From: a virus | DNA length: 64,000 bases | Strand: one strand, 5' to 3' | IMG/VR virus record: IMGVR_UViG_3300027791_000007 | Coordinates: 32,001-96,000 of that record | Shown: positions 18,393 through 27,913 of the stretch, one piece after another | Numbering within the stretch: the stretch's first letter is position 1 | How the letters are laid out: every line of letters begins with the position of its first letter | Translations under genes and position numbers: made by a program | Notes under the pieces: generated by a model | Told to the model about the DNA's origin: nothing | Databases searched by the model: none | Seen by the model: the letters and a program-made list of their open reading frames with translations, nothing else

Positions 18393-19076
18393 TTATATAT
18401 GTGTCCATCGCCAAACGTATCTAGGATTCTTTATCAAATCCTCACCATCTTGATACATCCCCATACTTTCCCTATGTTCTGGCACTTGTTCTTGTATTCT
18501 CCAATGATCTTTTGTCATCAAGTTTGTATCCGTGATACCAATACCATCTATCTGTGTTTTAAATCCAACTTCATCACCTAACATTGTGATGTTCTTTTCA
18601 TTCCATATTGTTCTTTTACTATTTGCATGTAATATAGCAGTTCCATCTTTTTTTAGTAGATACTTTATTACTTTAATGACTCTTCTATTATATTCCCAAT
18701 CTTCTGGCGCATTTAGTTCATAAACTGACCATGGGCCAAAACAAAATACAAAGTCTGCAACATTAGGTTTGAAGATATCAGGCAAAGTATTTACATCTCT
18801 TTGTAAATCTACTTGTGGTAAATGTGTAAGGTCTACACCAATAACATTTCTTACAATCGGTTTGAAATAGTTAGCACCACACCCCAGATCAATAACTAAA
18901 TCTGGTTTATGTGCCGCTATCTCATTTGCTAACTTTTCACCAGAGAGAGTTCTGTATTTCGGTAGGTTTTGTCTAGTGTCAAAATCTACTTCATTTGTGT
19001 ATCTTTCTCTGACATCATCTATTTCTACACCACTAATATTTCTTTTTTCGTGTAGTCTGGAATCATAATCACTCAT
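18393..19076 (-). CDS. class I SAM-dependent methyltransferase
   Basis: VIDLGCGANYFKP...GVDL...VFCFGP. Confidence 0.8.
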   Translation of the reverse strand: MSDYDSRLHEKRNISGVEIDDVRERYTNEVDFDTRQNLPKYRTLSGEKLANEIAAHKPDLVIDLGCGANYFKPIVRNVIGVDLTHLPQVDLQRDVNTLPDIFKPNVADFVFCFGPWSVYELNAPEDWEYNRRVIKVIKYLLKKDGTAILHANSKRTIWNEKNITMLGDEVGFKTQIDGIGITDTNLMTKDHWRIQEQVPEHRESMGMYQDGEDLIKNPRYVWRWTHI

Positions 19077-19870
19077 TTTGCAAACTCATAGTGTAACCTT
19101 GGTCTAACTTTTACGTCTATATGATCTATATAGTGAACTTTGTCAAATCGTCTATTCCATTCATTCATCACTTTACCTTTTAAATCTTCACCAATACCCT
19201 CTGTATCAATATTCTTTAAATCTGCCAAGTCATTTGTATTCATACCAATCATACCATAACCTTTAAATTTAGATGCATCTTTTACAGCATTTTTGTATAG
19301 TTGAATATGTTCATCTGACATCAAAGTTAAATCTGTATGTTCAGTTGCCATATTGACAACATCAAAACCAAACTCATCTGCCCATCTCTGAATCTCTTGT
19401 GTAGTCCAAGGGTAATATGGATATCCAGATTTCACTCCTCTATCCTCATCACTTAAATGTCCAGGCCTTACATGTCCAAATATTCTATTTGACATCTTAC
19501 GAAAAATATCAAAGTTTACATAGATATCTTCCACAGTTCCAAAGTTCATTGGGCCTATGCAATAGATTAAATCGAATGAGGGATGCATTTTAAAATACCA
19601 CTCTCTGATATTATCTATAACATCAGCGCCTGTCTTGTGTCCTAGTTTCCGATAGTCTAATAAGTCTATCCCTACAACACCTTCCAGATGTGGTTTAAAT
19701 AGATTTGCACCACAACCAACGTCTAACACAGAGTTGGGTTTTAGTTTTTCATTAATGTATTTTACACCAGCCTGGCCAGTATGACTTCTATATAAAGAAA
19801 ATGCTCTTAGTTGGGGATTCCCAGCAACTGAAAAGTGTTCTTTAAGTGCTTCCATTTCGCTGTAATTCAT
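19073..19870 (-). CDS. class I SAM-dependent methyltransferase
   Basis: VLDVGCGANLFKP...GIDL...IYCIGPMNF. Confidence 0.8.
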   Translation of the reverse strand: MNYSEMEALKEHFSVAGNPQLRAFSLYRSHTGQAGVKYINEKLKPNSVLDVGCGANLFKPHLEGVVGIDLLDYRKLGHKTGADVIDNIREWYFKMHPSFDLIYCIGPMNFGTVEDIYVNFDIFRKMSNRIFGHVRPGHLSDEDRGVKSGYPYYPWTTQEIQRWADEFGFDVVNMATEHTDLTLMSDEHIQLYKNAVKDASKFKGYGMIGMNTNDLADLKNIDTEGIGEDLKGKVMNEWNRRFDKVHYIDHIDVKVRPRLHYEFAK

Positions 19871-19952
19871 GTATCTCTTCCGTCAATTCTTTGATTCTTT
19901 TAATTAAAATGTACTTCTCTTTTGTAAGTTCGGCAATATCAAGCTGATACAT
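19842..19952 (-). CDS. small coiled-coil peptide (36 aa)
   Basis: MYQLDIAELTKEKYILIKRIKELTEEIHELQRNGST; bridges two genes. Confidence 0.4.
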   Translation of the reverse strand: MYQLDIAELTKEKYILIKRIKELTEEIHELQRNGST

Positions 19953-19953
19953 T

Positions 19954-20508
19954 TCAGCTTGTGACATACCAACTTGGTTTATCTCTTCCATTTATTTTAC
20001 CTTTCCATGTAGCAAAACCCTTCTTCTCATGTATATAGTAAGTATGGTAGGCCTTAATTGGATTGCCTGGTACTTTGCAGTACTCTGGCATACATTGTGG
20101 CATCTCTGTTAACCCATTCTTATCACATAAATTATTAGGTGCTCTTTGTAAGTAAATAGATGGTTTGCTTGCACCGTGTATTTTGCCGTATCTAAAACTG
20201 TATTCTGCAAGTGTTGCCATGTACAAGAAATAGAGGTAATAATAATTACTCCTACTTACTCTTGTCCAAATGGCAGAGGGATGATTTACATGACCTGCTT
20301 TGTATAAAACATTTTCTCTTTTGTCATGTAATTTCCATCGTTTGATTCTATGATTATTTTTAGTCCTACCTTCATAAATTTCCCCATCTATCAACCTATG
20401 GGCTGTAGACAATAGTTGTGCATATTCTGTACACATCTTGACAACATGTTTGTCTAAATGCATAGAAGCACTTACTCTTGGATCTTTATCTAAGTAGAAA
20501 ATATTCAT
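19954..20508 (-). CDS. pyrimidine-dimer glycosylase (DenV)-related family protein
   Basis: MNIFYLD...DKHVVKM..EYAQLLSTAH...HVNHPS..W...PQCMP. Confidence 0.7.
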   Translation of the reverse strand: MNIFYLDKDPRVSASMHLDKHVVKMCTEYAQLLSTAHRLIDGEIYEGRTKNNHRIKRWKLHDKRENVLYKAGHVNHPSAIWTRVSRSNYYYLYFLYMATLAEYSFRYGKIHGASKPSIYLQRAPNNLCDKNGLTEMPQCMPEYCKVPGNPIKAYHTYYIHEKKGFATWKGKINGRDKPSWYVTS

Positions 20509-20637
20509 ATCACCCTCTCACATTAAATAGAACTTGAGGACTCTCAATCCAAATATCTAGTATTCGATATCTCATATTATAACTCTCATCATCATATACC
20601 CCTAACCATACGGTTATCGTCTATTTTAATTGTATTA

Positions 20638-20666
20638 ATCATACCACATGTTTTAGCAAATGTCAA
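20638..20666 (-). promoter_or_regulatory. sigma70-like promoter
   Basis: TTGACA-17-TATGAT with extended TG. Confidence 0.7.
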
Positions 20667-20669
20667 GTA

Positions 20670-20873
20670 CTATTTTTCTTTTAATACCCATATAACTGTT
20701 TCTTTGCCTGTAGACTCATTTATCAATGGAATTGCTGGTACATTTGGATTTCTTTCCTTGTACTCATATTCCCAAACATATCCTTGTTTCATTTGATTCT
20801 TGGATGTGTTAAAAAATTCTAGATTGTCGTAAGCAAAACTGCCCAACATAGATATGATTAATGTCTCAATCAT
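20670..20873 (-). CDS. hypothetical protein
   Basis: GGAG SD; in operon. Confidence 0.6.
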   Translation of the reverse strand: MIETLIISMLGSFAYDNLEFFNTSKNQMKQGYVWEYEYKERNPNVPAIPLINESTGKETVIWVLKEK

Positions 20874-20882
20874 TTTGTACTC

Positions 20883-21356
20883 CTATTTCTCCCATCTATA
20901 AAAGATGTGGGTTTGTATTGTTCTTGTTTTTGTTTTTGCTGCAGCCCAAGCTGGTAGTACATAATCTGCATGGTAGTGAGTTGCACCCTTGACTGTAGGT
21001 TCTAACGTACCAGTGAGGACACCATTCGCAACCCATGTAGCGATTACAAATGCATTGTGTTCTTTTACCTCATCACTTTTTCCGTCACAATACCAACTAA
21101 ATTGGCATCTGTTTTTTACTGGAAAGTATTTTCTTTTGTATTTAGGAAGTGTTGCATCTTTTCTTGTTTTCCAAGATTCTCTAATCGGGCCTTGTTTTAC
21201 AACTTCGCACACTGTATTGGGATATCTTGAATCTGCAACTCTATTCATCGTAACTTCAGCAACTGCAATCTGTCCTTCTATACTTTGGTTTTTTGCCTCG
21301 TGATACACATTAGATGCTAAGCAAATAAGTGCCGTACTAAGTAGTTCTGTTACCAT
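20883..21356 (-). CDS. cell wall hydrolase (SleB/Hydrolase_2)
   Basis: CLASNVYHEA...AVAEVTMNRV...PNTVCEVVKQ...CQFSWYCDG...GATHYHA. Confidence 0.9.
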   Translation of the reverse strand: MVTELLSTALICLASNVYHEAKNQSIEGQIAVAEVTMNRVADSRYPNTVCEVVKQGPIRESWKTRKDATLPKYKRKYFPVKNRCQFSWYCDGKSDEVKEHNAFVIATWVANGVLTGTLEPTVKGATHYHADYVLPAWAAAKTKTRTIQTHIFYRWEK

Positions 21357-21789
21357 TATTTTTACTCCATTGTTTATATTTGATCAAAAGGGTTTCTTGC
21401 ATCCTATATGCCTGTCTTTCCCACGGTTGTTTACTATATGCATAGTTACTATAACAGTAACCTTTCCAATATACCTTTGATCCTGCTGTGTTATTATCTT
21501 TCAGCATTCCTTTAGCGTATTGCATAACATGTACCATTTCGTGAGTGACACAAGTAATTAGGTCATCTCCTTTTAAACTTTTTTCAATATCAATTTCAAA
21601 ATGATTTCTATAATCGCCAGGCGAGCATAGTCCATCACAATTTGTTTCGTCTTTCAATTTTATGAGATTTATTTCAACATCAAGAGTTCTGAACTTGGGG
21701 AGCATTTCGTCTACACAGAAATATGCTATCTCTCTAACAAGTTGTCTCTTGGTTTTTGTACTACCCTCTACTGTAACACAATTATACAT
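21337..21789 (-). CDS. zincin-like metallopeptidase
   Basis: HEMVH..QY...QPWERQAY. Confidence 0.75.
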   Translation of the reverse strand: MYNCVTVEGSTKTKRQLVREIAYFCVDEMLPKFRTLDVEINLIKLKDETNCDGLCSPGDYRNHFEIDIEKSLKGDDLITCVTHEMVHVMQYAKGMLKDNNTAGSKVYWKGYCYSNYAYSKQPWERQAYRMQETLLIKYKQWSKNNGNRTT

Positions 21790-21815
21790 TCATCACCTAT
21801 ATTTAGTCATTATAT

Positions 21816-21850
21816 AAAAAGTGGCAGAGGGGAAATGACGCCCCTCTGCC
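21816..21850 (-). terminator. intrinsic terminator
   Basis: GGCAGAGGGG/CCCCTCTGCC 10-bp stem followed by ACTTTTT. Confidence 0.8.
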
Positions 21851-21940
21851 TGACACAACCTAATCACATTATCATCATATAGTGATTGTGCCTTCTTGAT
21901 GTCCTCTTTTGATGATGAGATTTGAGAGGCGAGGACATAA
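21816..21940 (-). ncRNA. putative three-hairpin small RNA or structured 3' UTR
   Basis: Stems ATGTCCTC/GAGGACAT and AATCAC/GTGATT plus the terminator stem; loop contains CCTCTC. Confidence 0.4.
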
Positions 21941-21951
21941 GAATCCATAAA

Positions 21952-22056
21952 TTAGTCCATACAACCTTGCATCAAACCTTCTGTAGCGCAAGGGTCTTCC
22001 ACATATCCAACTAGTGCGATACATGCCAAAATCATAATAAATATTCCATACTTCAT
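21952..22056 (-). CDS. small membrane peptide (34 aa)
   Basis: AGGAG SD; MKYGIFIMILACIALVGYVEDPCATEGLMQGCMD. Confidence 0.6.
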   Translation of the reverse strand: MKYGIFIMILACIALVGYVEDPCATEGLMQGCMD

Positions 22057-22066
22057 AATAAAACTC

Positions 22067-22282
22067 CTAATAAGGTACATAATCTAAATCTATTCCATAT
22101 TCAAAATGTCCATTGTCCATATCGAATACACACTGATTGACTAACTTGGCCCAAATCTCTGGAACAGCAATACCTTCTTTCTGTCCAACTTTTTCGCACA
22201 ACTCAATCTTTGTAATTTTTGCAGAACCAAACTTTCCGATTACTGCATCACCAATTTTCAATTTAACCATTTTGAACCTCAC
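22067..22282 (-). CDS. hypothetical early protein
   Basis: In the operon downstream of an early promoter. Confidence 0.6.
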   Translation of the reverse strand: MRFKMVKLKIGDAVIGKFGSAKITKIELCEKVGQKEGIAVPEIWAKLVNQCVFDMDNGHFEYGIDLDYVPY

Positions 22283-22502
22283 TGTAAAATTCTTCTAGTT
22301 GTTCTTCCAACCCCATGTCGGAATCAAACCCAACTAAATCTAAACAGATATCACCTTTTCTTTGTGAAACCATTGTCATTGCAACAGCATCTGAAACTGA
22401 AATGGGTGTTCCCATTTTTAGATAGTTAGTCATCTTGTCCATGAATAACTCTGTTAGTGCCCAATAGTAATTTTTAACTTTCATATTATTTCCTCTCATC
22501 AT
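22263..22502 (-). CDS. hypothetical early protein (true start probably MKVKNYY)
   Basis: First gene after the promoter; GAGAGG SD precedes the later ATG. Confidence 0.6.
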   Translation of the reverse strand: MMRGNNMKVKNYYWALTELFMDKMTNYLKMGTPISVSDAVAMTMVSQRKGDICLDLVGFDSDMGLEEQLEEFYSEVQNG

Positions 22503-22515
22503 TGATTATGTATAT

Positions 22516-22544
22516 ACTATAACACGATAAGGAGGCGTTGTCAA
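22516..22544 (-). promoter_or_regulatory. sigma70-like early promoter
   Basis: TTGACA-17-TATAGT. Confidence 0.75.
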
Positions 22545-22576
22545 CCCCTAAAATAAACCCTTGATAATACAGCGTT

Positions 22577-23125
22577 TTATCCTACTCCGTTTGCCGCACC
22601 TTTTAGTTGTGGGTACGAATCACTTGCAACGATTCGGTTTCCTTGTCTATCAAATGTTTCTTTGGGAGCATTAGGGTCTGGAACTACATAACCATCATTC
22701 CAACCAAACGCCTCTTTGACTACAAATTCTGATAAACCTTTGTATATCTTATGCAAGGCTTTGTCTTTAGCACCGTTTAGTACTCTTGCTTCTCCAGCAG
22801 ATAGTCCTTCCAGCATTTGGATATACATATTTTCTCGTTTGTTTTGATTGATATTTTTATCTGCACCTTTAATGAAGTGCCACAACTTTTTTGATTCTGT
22901 AGCAAGTCTAGTATGTTCTGTACCATCTGGAGCATCATTCACTCGAAATGGAACATCACCTTCTGGAACTGCCCAATGTATGTTAGGATCAAAAGATGCT
23001 TTAATAACCATCCTCAAACCATCTGTATTGTATTTTTTCAGAACTTTTACCTTCTGTTCTTTAGTTTTTGCTTTATGCACTTGATCTAAAATTTCGTGAT
23101 AAAGTAATGTGAAATCATCGGCCAT
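22577..23125 (-). CDS. conserved T4-like hypothetical protein (DUF6433-like)
   Basis: FDPNI.W..PEGDVPF...KRENMYIQMLEGL...EA; downstream of rnh. Confidence 0.75.
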   Translation of the reverse strand: MADDFTLLYHEILDQVHKAKTKEQKVKVLKKYNTDGLRMVIKASFDPNIHWAVPEGDVPFRVNDAPDGTEHTRLATESKKLWHFIKGADKNINQNKRENMYIQMLEGLSAGEARVLNGAKDKALHKIYKGLSEFVVKEAFGWNDGYVVPDPNAPKETFDRQGNRIVASDSYPQLKGAANGVG

Positions 23126-23126
23126 T

Positions 23127-23969
23127 TTAAAATTCTCCTATATTTTCTGTTAGTTCTCTTAACCGTTTTGTTGTGAAGTATGTGTAAAGTTTAGAACGGT
23201 CACCACAAGGCGCCTCTGAAAAATCAACCATGATATCTTTTGCAAGATTCTCTGGAATCATTTTTAGGTCTATCAACTTTTGATTTCGGATATAGTTTCG
23301 TCTAATTTCTTCTTCAAAGTCATCTATATTCATATCAATCCATACTTCAATTTTTTTCTTAGTTAAAGGTCTTTGTCTCAACCCTTCCACAAAAGTATGA
23401 TCTGGCGATAGCACATTTGGTACACCGTCACTTGAATCACCCTTCAATATGTGTTGCTTTATATATGTCTTTGGGTCTTCACCATCGACATACTTTTTCA
23501 AGATTGGACTATACTGTTTAACATTAGAATAAGTTTGTAACTGAATGAAATCTTTATCACCACTTATAATCATGATCTTCTCTTCTTGAAAATTCTCTAC
23601 AAGAGTAGCAATTATATCGTCTGCTTCTGCACCATACACTTCAACAAACTTGTATGGTAAGTTCTCTTTAAATTCTGCTTTAATAGCATTAAGACATTCA
23701 AAAATAGCGTTCCAATCATTACTGTCTTTCTCTCTACCCTTTTTCCTATTATGTTTATACTGTTCAAAATAATCTCTACGCCAATAGTGTTTGGAATCAT
23801 ATGTAAGAACAACTTCTCCATACTCTTCATGAAACATATTTCTATACAATCTGATAGAGTTTAGTATCATGTGACGTATCATCTTATCATCAACTTCATC
23901 ACTTTTTGACATTTGCTTTGACATCATAACTGATGCTAAACAAATTTGGTTCATATCTATAATAATCAT
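23127..23969 (-). CDS. rnh: T4-type RNase H (5'-3' exonuclease)
   Basis: IIIDMNQ...YWRRDYF..YK..RK...EADDII...ISGDKDFIQL...GDSSDGVPN. Confidence 0.95.
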   Translation of the reverse strand: MIIIDMNQICLASVMMSKQMSKSDEVDDKMIRHMILNSIRLYRNMFHEEYGEVVLTYDSKHYWRRDYFEQYKHNRKKGREKDSNDWNAIFECLNAIKAEFKENLPYKFVEVYGAEADDIIATLVENFQEEKIMIISGDKDFIQLQTYSNVKQYSPILKKYVDGEDPKTYIKQHILKGDSSDGVPNVLSPDHTFVEGLRQRPLTKKKIEVWIDMNIDDFEEEIRRNYIRNQKLIDLKMIPENLAKDIMVDFSEAPCGDRSKLYTYFTTKRLRELTENIGEF

Positions 23970-24304
23970 TCTTGTGTCGTATCCTTCACATATTTATTAA
24001 TTGCTTCTCGTAATGGATGAACGTAACCCAATTCTCTCATGATTGTTGCCTTTACACATTCTGTAATAAATCTTATGTCACCCAACATCTCTGGTGATTC
24101 AATATTGAATCCTTCTTCCTTCAATGACTCCATAAATTCAATCAAATAATCTTCGGTTAACTGATCCATAAACAACATATCTTTCTGTATCTTAGATATC
24201 TTATTTCGTTTTGCTTTAGATATCTTTTGATAAGAATCGAACCACTTAGTTGGCCCCTTTACGATTTTTGCTGGATCTACCCCTTCGGTACTATCGTCAC
24301 CCAT
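23966..24304 (-). CDS. hypothetical protein
   Basis: In operon. Confidence 0.65.
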   Translation of the reverse strand: MGDDSTEGVDPAKIVKGPTKWFDSYQKISKAKRNKISKIQKDMLFMDQLTEDYLIEFMESLKEEGFNIESPEMLGDIRFITECVKATIMRELGYVHPLREAINKYVKDTTQE

Positions 24305-24651
24305 TTTATTTTTCTCTCTTGTTCACGACCATAAAAATTGTCCATCCACTGACCACCTTTTAAATATGATCTAAGATTTCTAAGATAACCCTCTATATCG
24401 GCAAGTCTAGAGATAGAATGTTTTTCCTTTAACCTCACTTGACGCTTCAATTCTGGCAACTTATCTTGATTCCAAGTAATCCAATCCTTAACATTTTTGG
24501 CACACAAGGGATGTTCCTCATCTAACTCTAAAACATTTGGGTGAATTGATTTGTTCTTTGCTGGTTTTTTAGCAGCACGAACTTTCGCCATTTTATCATG
24601 ATTATTCAAAACTACATCCTCTCTTCTATTTCTCTTTGTTTCTTCTGCCAT
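24277..24651 (-). CDS. hypothetical protein
   Basis: In operon; start uncertain. Confidence 0.65.
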   Translation of the reverse strand: MAEETKRNRREDVVLNNHDKMAKVRAAKKPAKNKSIHPNVLELDEEHPLCAKNVKDWITWNQDKLPELKRQVRLKEKHSISRLADIEGYLRNLRSYLKGGQWMDNFYGREQERKIKWVTIVPKG

Positions 24652-24899
24652 CTCTTGACACCTGCCTTTTTGGCAATCCTTCTCTTTTCAGATGGTTTTT
24701 TATAACCTTCTGACCTATCTCTAATCTCTTTCATAATACCTTCTTGAAGCATCTTCTTCTTCAAGATTCTAAGAGCTTTGTTGACATCGTTATTTCTAAC
24801 TGCAACAGTCATACCACTATACTCTTTAGGTTTATCTTCTCTAGGTCTTCGTTGAAAATCGCCTTTGGGTTTCCACCCTCTACTGTTATCTTTTCTCAT
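24612..24899 (-). CDS. rpsU: 30S ribosomal protein bS21
   Basis: [23 protein letters not shown]....[10 protein letters not shown]; N-terminal extension of about 29 aa. Confidence 0.9.
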   Translation of the reverse strand: MRKDNSRGWKPKGDFQRRPREDKPKEYSGMTVAVRNNDVNKALRILKKKMLQEGIMKEIRDRSEGYKKPSEKRRIAKKAGVKRWQKKQREIEERM

Positions 24900-24905
24900 A
24901 TATAC

Positions 24906-25367
24906 CTACTTATTAAAGTTGATTGATTTAATTCTACCATTGTATTCAAATGTAAGAATTGAATGTGAGTAAGAAGTTCTTTCAACTTCATTATACCTAG
25001 TAACATTTGAACAGACGTTTCTAACCTCATGTTCTTTACTACCGATATTTGAACCGATAACAACACCTAGTACTTTACCGATATCATTACCATCACCAAC
25101 TTTGTTACCAATGATACCACCGATAATAGCACCTAGTAGTGCATCACCATTACCTTTTAGAGCATTGGTTGTACCACTCATAATGCCGCCGTTATTAACT
25201 TTGACATCTCTACATACCGTAACTTGGTATGGTACTTGTTGGATGATTGTTTTTTCTACATCTTTGACAGATATAATTTTTGCTCCTGCTGGAATTGATT
25301 GAGCAGTTGCACTCATACTTGTAATTGCAGCCACTATGGCAGCACCTATTATTACTTTTTTTAACAT
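24906..25367 (-). CDS. glycine-zipper 2TM secreted protein
   Basis: Signal peptide; LLGAIIGGIIGNKVG...GVVIGS. Confidence 0.8.
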   Translation of the reverse strand: MLKKVIIGAAIVAAITSMSATAQSIPAGAKIISVKDVEKTIIQQVPYQVTVCRDVKVNNGGIMSGTTNALKGNGDALLGAIIGGIIGNKVGDGNDIGKVLGVVIGSNIGSKEHEVRNVCSNVTRYNEVERTSYSHSILTFEYNGRIKSINFNK

Positions 25368-25398
25368 ATTTAACCTCTTGGTTTGTTATTGTATATAT

Positions 25399-25427
25399 AG
25401 ATTAACACAAACTTTAACCATTGTCAA
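25399..25427 (-). promoter_or_regulatory. sigma70-like promoter (drives the bS21-rnh operon)
   Basis: TTGACA-17-TAATCT. Confidence 0.65.
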
Positions 25428-25761
25428 GTGTTTTTTTATGTAATTCTACAAAATATTCTGCATCTATCAGAACCAGAGGCCTTGATTTGTTACGTTTTAT
25501 TACAACTATAGGCTGATAATCACCAGAGTTTTCATTTGCCTGTTCAAACGCCTTCCAGACGTTAACTGATTCTTGATTCTTACACTCTATTGAATATGGA
25601 AACTTTGCACGAGCAGCACGGGCCATAATCAAGTCCTCACCACCAGCACCCATACTTCTGGATTCTACATCCTCTGGGTGTACCTCTAATTTCTCAATCA
25701 ATTGGTCACGAACCCATTGTTGTAATCTTCTACCTTTAGCTTTCGCTGATTGTGTTTTCAT
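25414..25761 (-). CDS. PD-(D/E)XK nuclease, Holliday junction resolvase-like
   Basis: SAKAKGRRLQ...MGAGGEDL...SIECKNQE. Confidence 0.8.
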   Translation of the reverse strand: MKTQSAKAKGRRLQQWVRDQLIEKLEVHPEDVESRSMGAGGEDLIMARAARAKFPYSIECKNQESVNVWKAFEQANENSGDYQPIVVIKRNKSRPLVLIDAEYFVELHKKTLDNG

Positions 25762-26476
25762 AAAAATACCTTGCTATCAATTCATGTCCTTTTGCATTTG
25801 GATGACTATCTTCTTCGGATATAGTCATACCTTTATTTATATCCCAAAAAGTCATACCCCCAAGGTCACTTATGAAAGGCCAACCTATGATATGAGTATC
25901 ATCTATATTATGTTTTTGTAGTTCCTCGTAAAACTGTTCTATTAATGGTATGTTTGGTTGGCCAGTGCGATATTCCACTAATCCAGTGCCACACCACTGC
26001 AATAGTTTTATATTATAATCATCACATAGTTTTTGCAAGGTAGTTATATTTTTTAAAAAACAATTTATTTGGAACTTTGTTGCTTGATTAGGATATTGTA
26101 ATTCTTTGAGTAAATGTTTATAAACCTCATAGTCCAAAAGTTTTGACCAAGAACTATCAGTAGTAAGGACGTTAACTGGATTAAAATTTTTACCATAAAC
26201 CCAAAATCTCCACATCGCAGACCATAATATCGCTACGGTGTCAATATCATTATGATTATGAACTATCTCATTTACAGCATGGTAGAATATCTGGTCATTA
26301 CCAGAACCACCTACTCCAAAATTCTTATATTCCATACCTAAATGCTGAGATAATAATTTAGGCCATTTGGGAAAGTAATATGTTTTGCCAAGATGATATA
26401 CAACATTATCTTTTAAATGTATTTCACCTTCATCTTCTGTATAACTACATCCAAATGTGTATAACATCAATCCCAC
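25736..26476 (-). CDS. SGNH/GDSL hydrolase-like protein
   Basis: FGCSYT, GGSGN, DSHPN..GH. Confidence 0.75.
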   Translation of the reverse strand: MGLMLYTFGCSYTEDEGEIHLKDNVVYHLGKTYYFPKWPKLLSQHLGMEYKNFGVGGSGNDQIFYHAVNEIVHNHNDIDTVAILWSAMWRFWVYGKNFNPVNVLTTDSSWSKLLDYEVYKHLLKELQYPNQATKFQINCFLKNITTLQKLCDDYNIKLLQWCGTGLVEYRTGQPNIPLIEQFYEELQKHNIDDTHIIGWPFISDLGGMTFWDINKGMTISEEDSHPNAKGHELIARYFYENTISES

Positions 26477-26673
26477 TCATCTTCATCATCCCATGCTTCT
26501 TCACTCTCGATTTCGTCTTGTTGTTCTTCTTCTAGTTTTGACCCACAGAATGTGCAGAATCCTATTTTGTAATGTCTAGTGCTTAATGAGTGTGAGACTT
26601 TAAAATCAGCCTCACACTCTTCACAATTTATTATTTTTGTTGTCATATGTTTAATGTTTCGTTTCGTATGCAT
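26467..26673 (-). CDS. zinc-ribbon protein
   Basis: CEEC...CTFCG with an acidic tail; start probably MTTKII. Confidence 0.65.
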   Translation of the reverse strand: MHTKRNIKHMTTKIINCEECEADFKVSHSLSTRHYKIGFCTFCGSKLEEEQQDEIESEEAWDDEDEWD

Positions 26674-27892
26674 CTTCCCAACTACCAGACAATCCAGCGA
26701 CTTCGTACTCTGTCACTCTATTCTCAAAGAAGTTAGTATGATCTGCAGCGTTAAGTATCCACTCCAACCAAGGAATTGGATTTTCTTTTACCTTAAAGTT
26801 AGTTTTCAATCCTAGTTGCAATAACCTTCTATCGGTAATATACCTTATATATGTCTTTACATCCTCGGCCTTTAAACCCTCTGGTTCACCTAGTGCATAT
26901 GTCATATCTACAAACTTATCTTCTAGTTCAACTATTTTATCAGACATCTTGTAGATTTCTTTTTTAAATTCATCGTTAACAATTTTAGGTTTCTCTGAAC
27001 AAAATGCTCTGAATAGTTTTGCAATACCCTCAACATGCATTGATTCATCTCTTACTGACCACTCAACAATTTTACCACAACCTTTCATCTTACCAAACCT
27101 TTGGAAGTTCAATAACATAATAAACGATGCAAACAAAGATACACCCTCATTGAATACAGATTTTGCAAGAGCAAGTCCTATACCTTTGTGTGTAGATACA
27201 TCTGAGTCCATCATGAAATCTACTTTATCTGCCATTTCTTTATACTCTAAGAAGGCATGGAAGTCACTATCTGGTAAACCTAGTGTCTCATTTAATAATG
27301 CATATGCTCTTTGATGAATACCTTCTCTTGATGCAAAAGAACCAAGCATATTTCGTATTTCATTATTCTTAAACTTAGGTAAGAATTGGTCGAAATAGTT
27401 TTGTCCAACTGCAACATCTGATTGTGTAAACAATCTTAGTACGTTTGTAATATAATCTCTCTCTGAATCAGATAACTTATTACTCTTCCAATCTGAAACA
27501 TCTTCTGATAAGTCTACCTCATCTTCTATCCAATGAACTTTCTCATGTCTTACGACCATTTCAACTGCCCACGGATAATAGAATGGTTTATACGCCTCTG
27601 AAAATGCCAAAAGACTTCCCCCACGGATTTTTAGAATTTCATCTGATTTTTCTAATAGTTGCGAAAAACCACCAATCCTAGAACCGTTAACAAAAATCTG
27701 TGGCACACTTTGGATGTTACCTTCTTTTCTATTTAATCTTTCTTCTGTATTATTCACTCTTTGATAAAACTGTAACCTTTCATCATCATTTGACATGCTA
27801 TGTTCTGTATATTCAATATTATGTTCATTAAACCAGTTCTTAGCATTGACACAATATCCACATGTTGGACTTGTATATATTTGTACATCCAT
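26651..27892 (-). CDS. nrdB: ribonucleotide reductase beta subunit with N-terminal glutaredoxin
   Basis: Grx: CGYC...SVPQIF..RIGGF; R2: FTQSD, EGIHQRAY, EGVSLF, RDESMH, NFFENRVTEY. Confidence 0.95.
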   Translation of the reverse strand: MDVQIYTSPTCGYCVNAKNWFNEHNIEYTEHSMSNDDERLQFYQRVNNTEERLNRKEGNIQSVPQIFVNGSRIGGFSQLLEKSDEILKIRGGSLLAFSEAYKPFYYPWAVEMVVRHEKVHWIEDEVDLSEDVSDWKSNKLSDSERDYITNVLRLFTQSDVAVGQNYFDQFLPKFKNNEIRNMLGSFASREGIHQRAYALLNETLGLPDSDFHAFLEYKEMADKVDFMMDSDVSTHKGIGLALAKSVFNEGVSLFASFIMLLNFQRFGKMKGCGKIVEWSVRDESMHVEGIAKLFRAFCSEKPKIVNDEFKKEIYKMSDKIVELEDKFVDMTYALGEPEGLKAEDVKTYIRYITDRRLLQLGLKTNFKVKENPIPWLEWILNAADHTNFFENRVTEYEVAGLSGSWEDAYETKH

Positions 27893-27913
27893 TTATCTTC
27901 TCCTATTTCTTTT

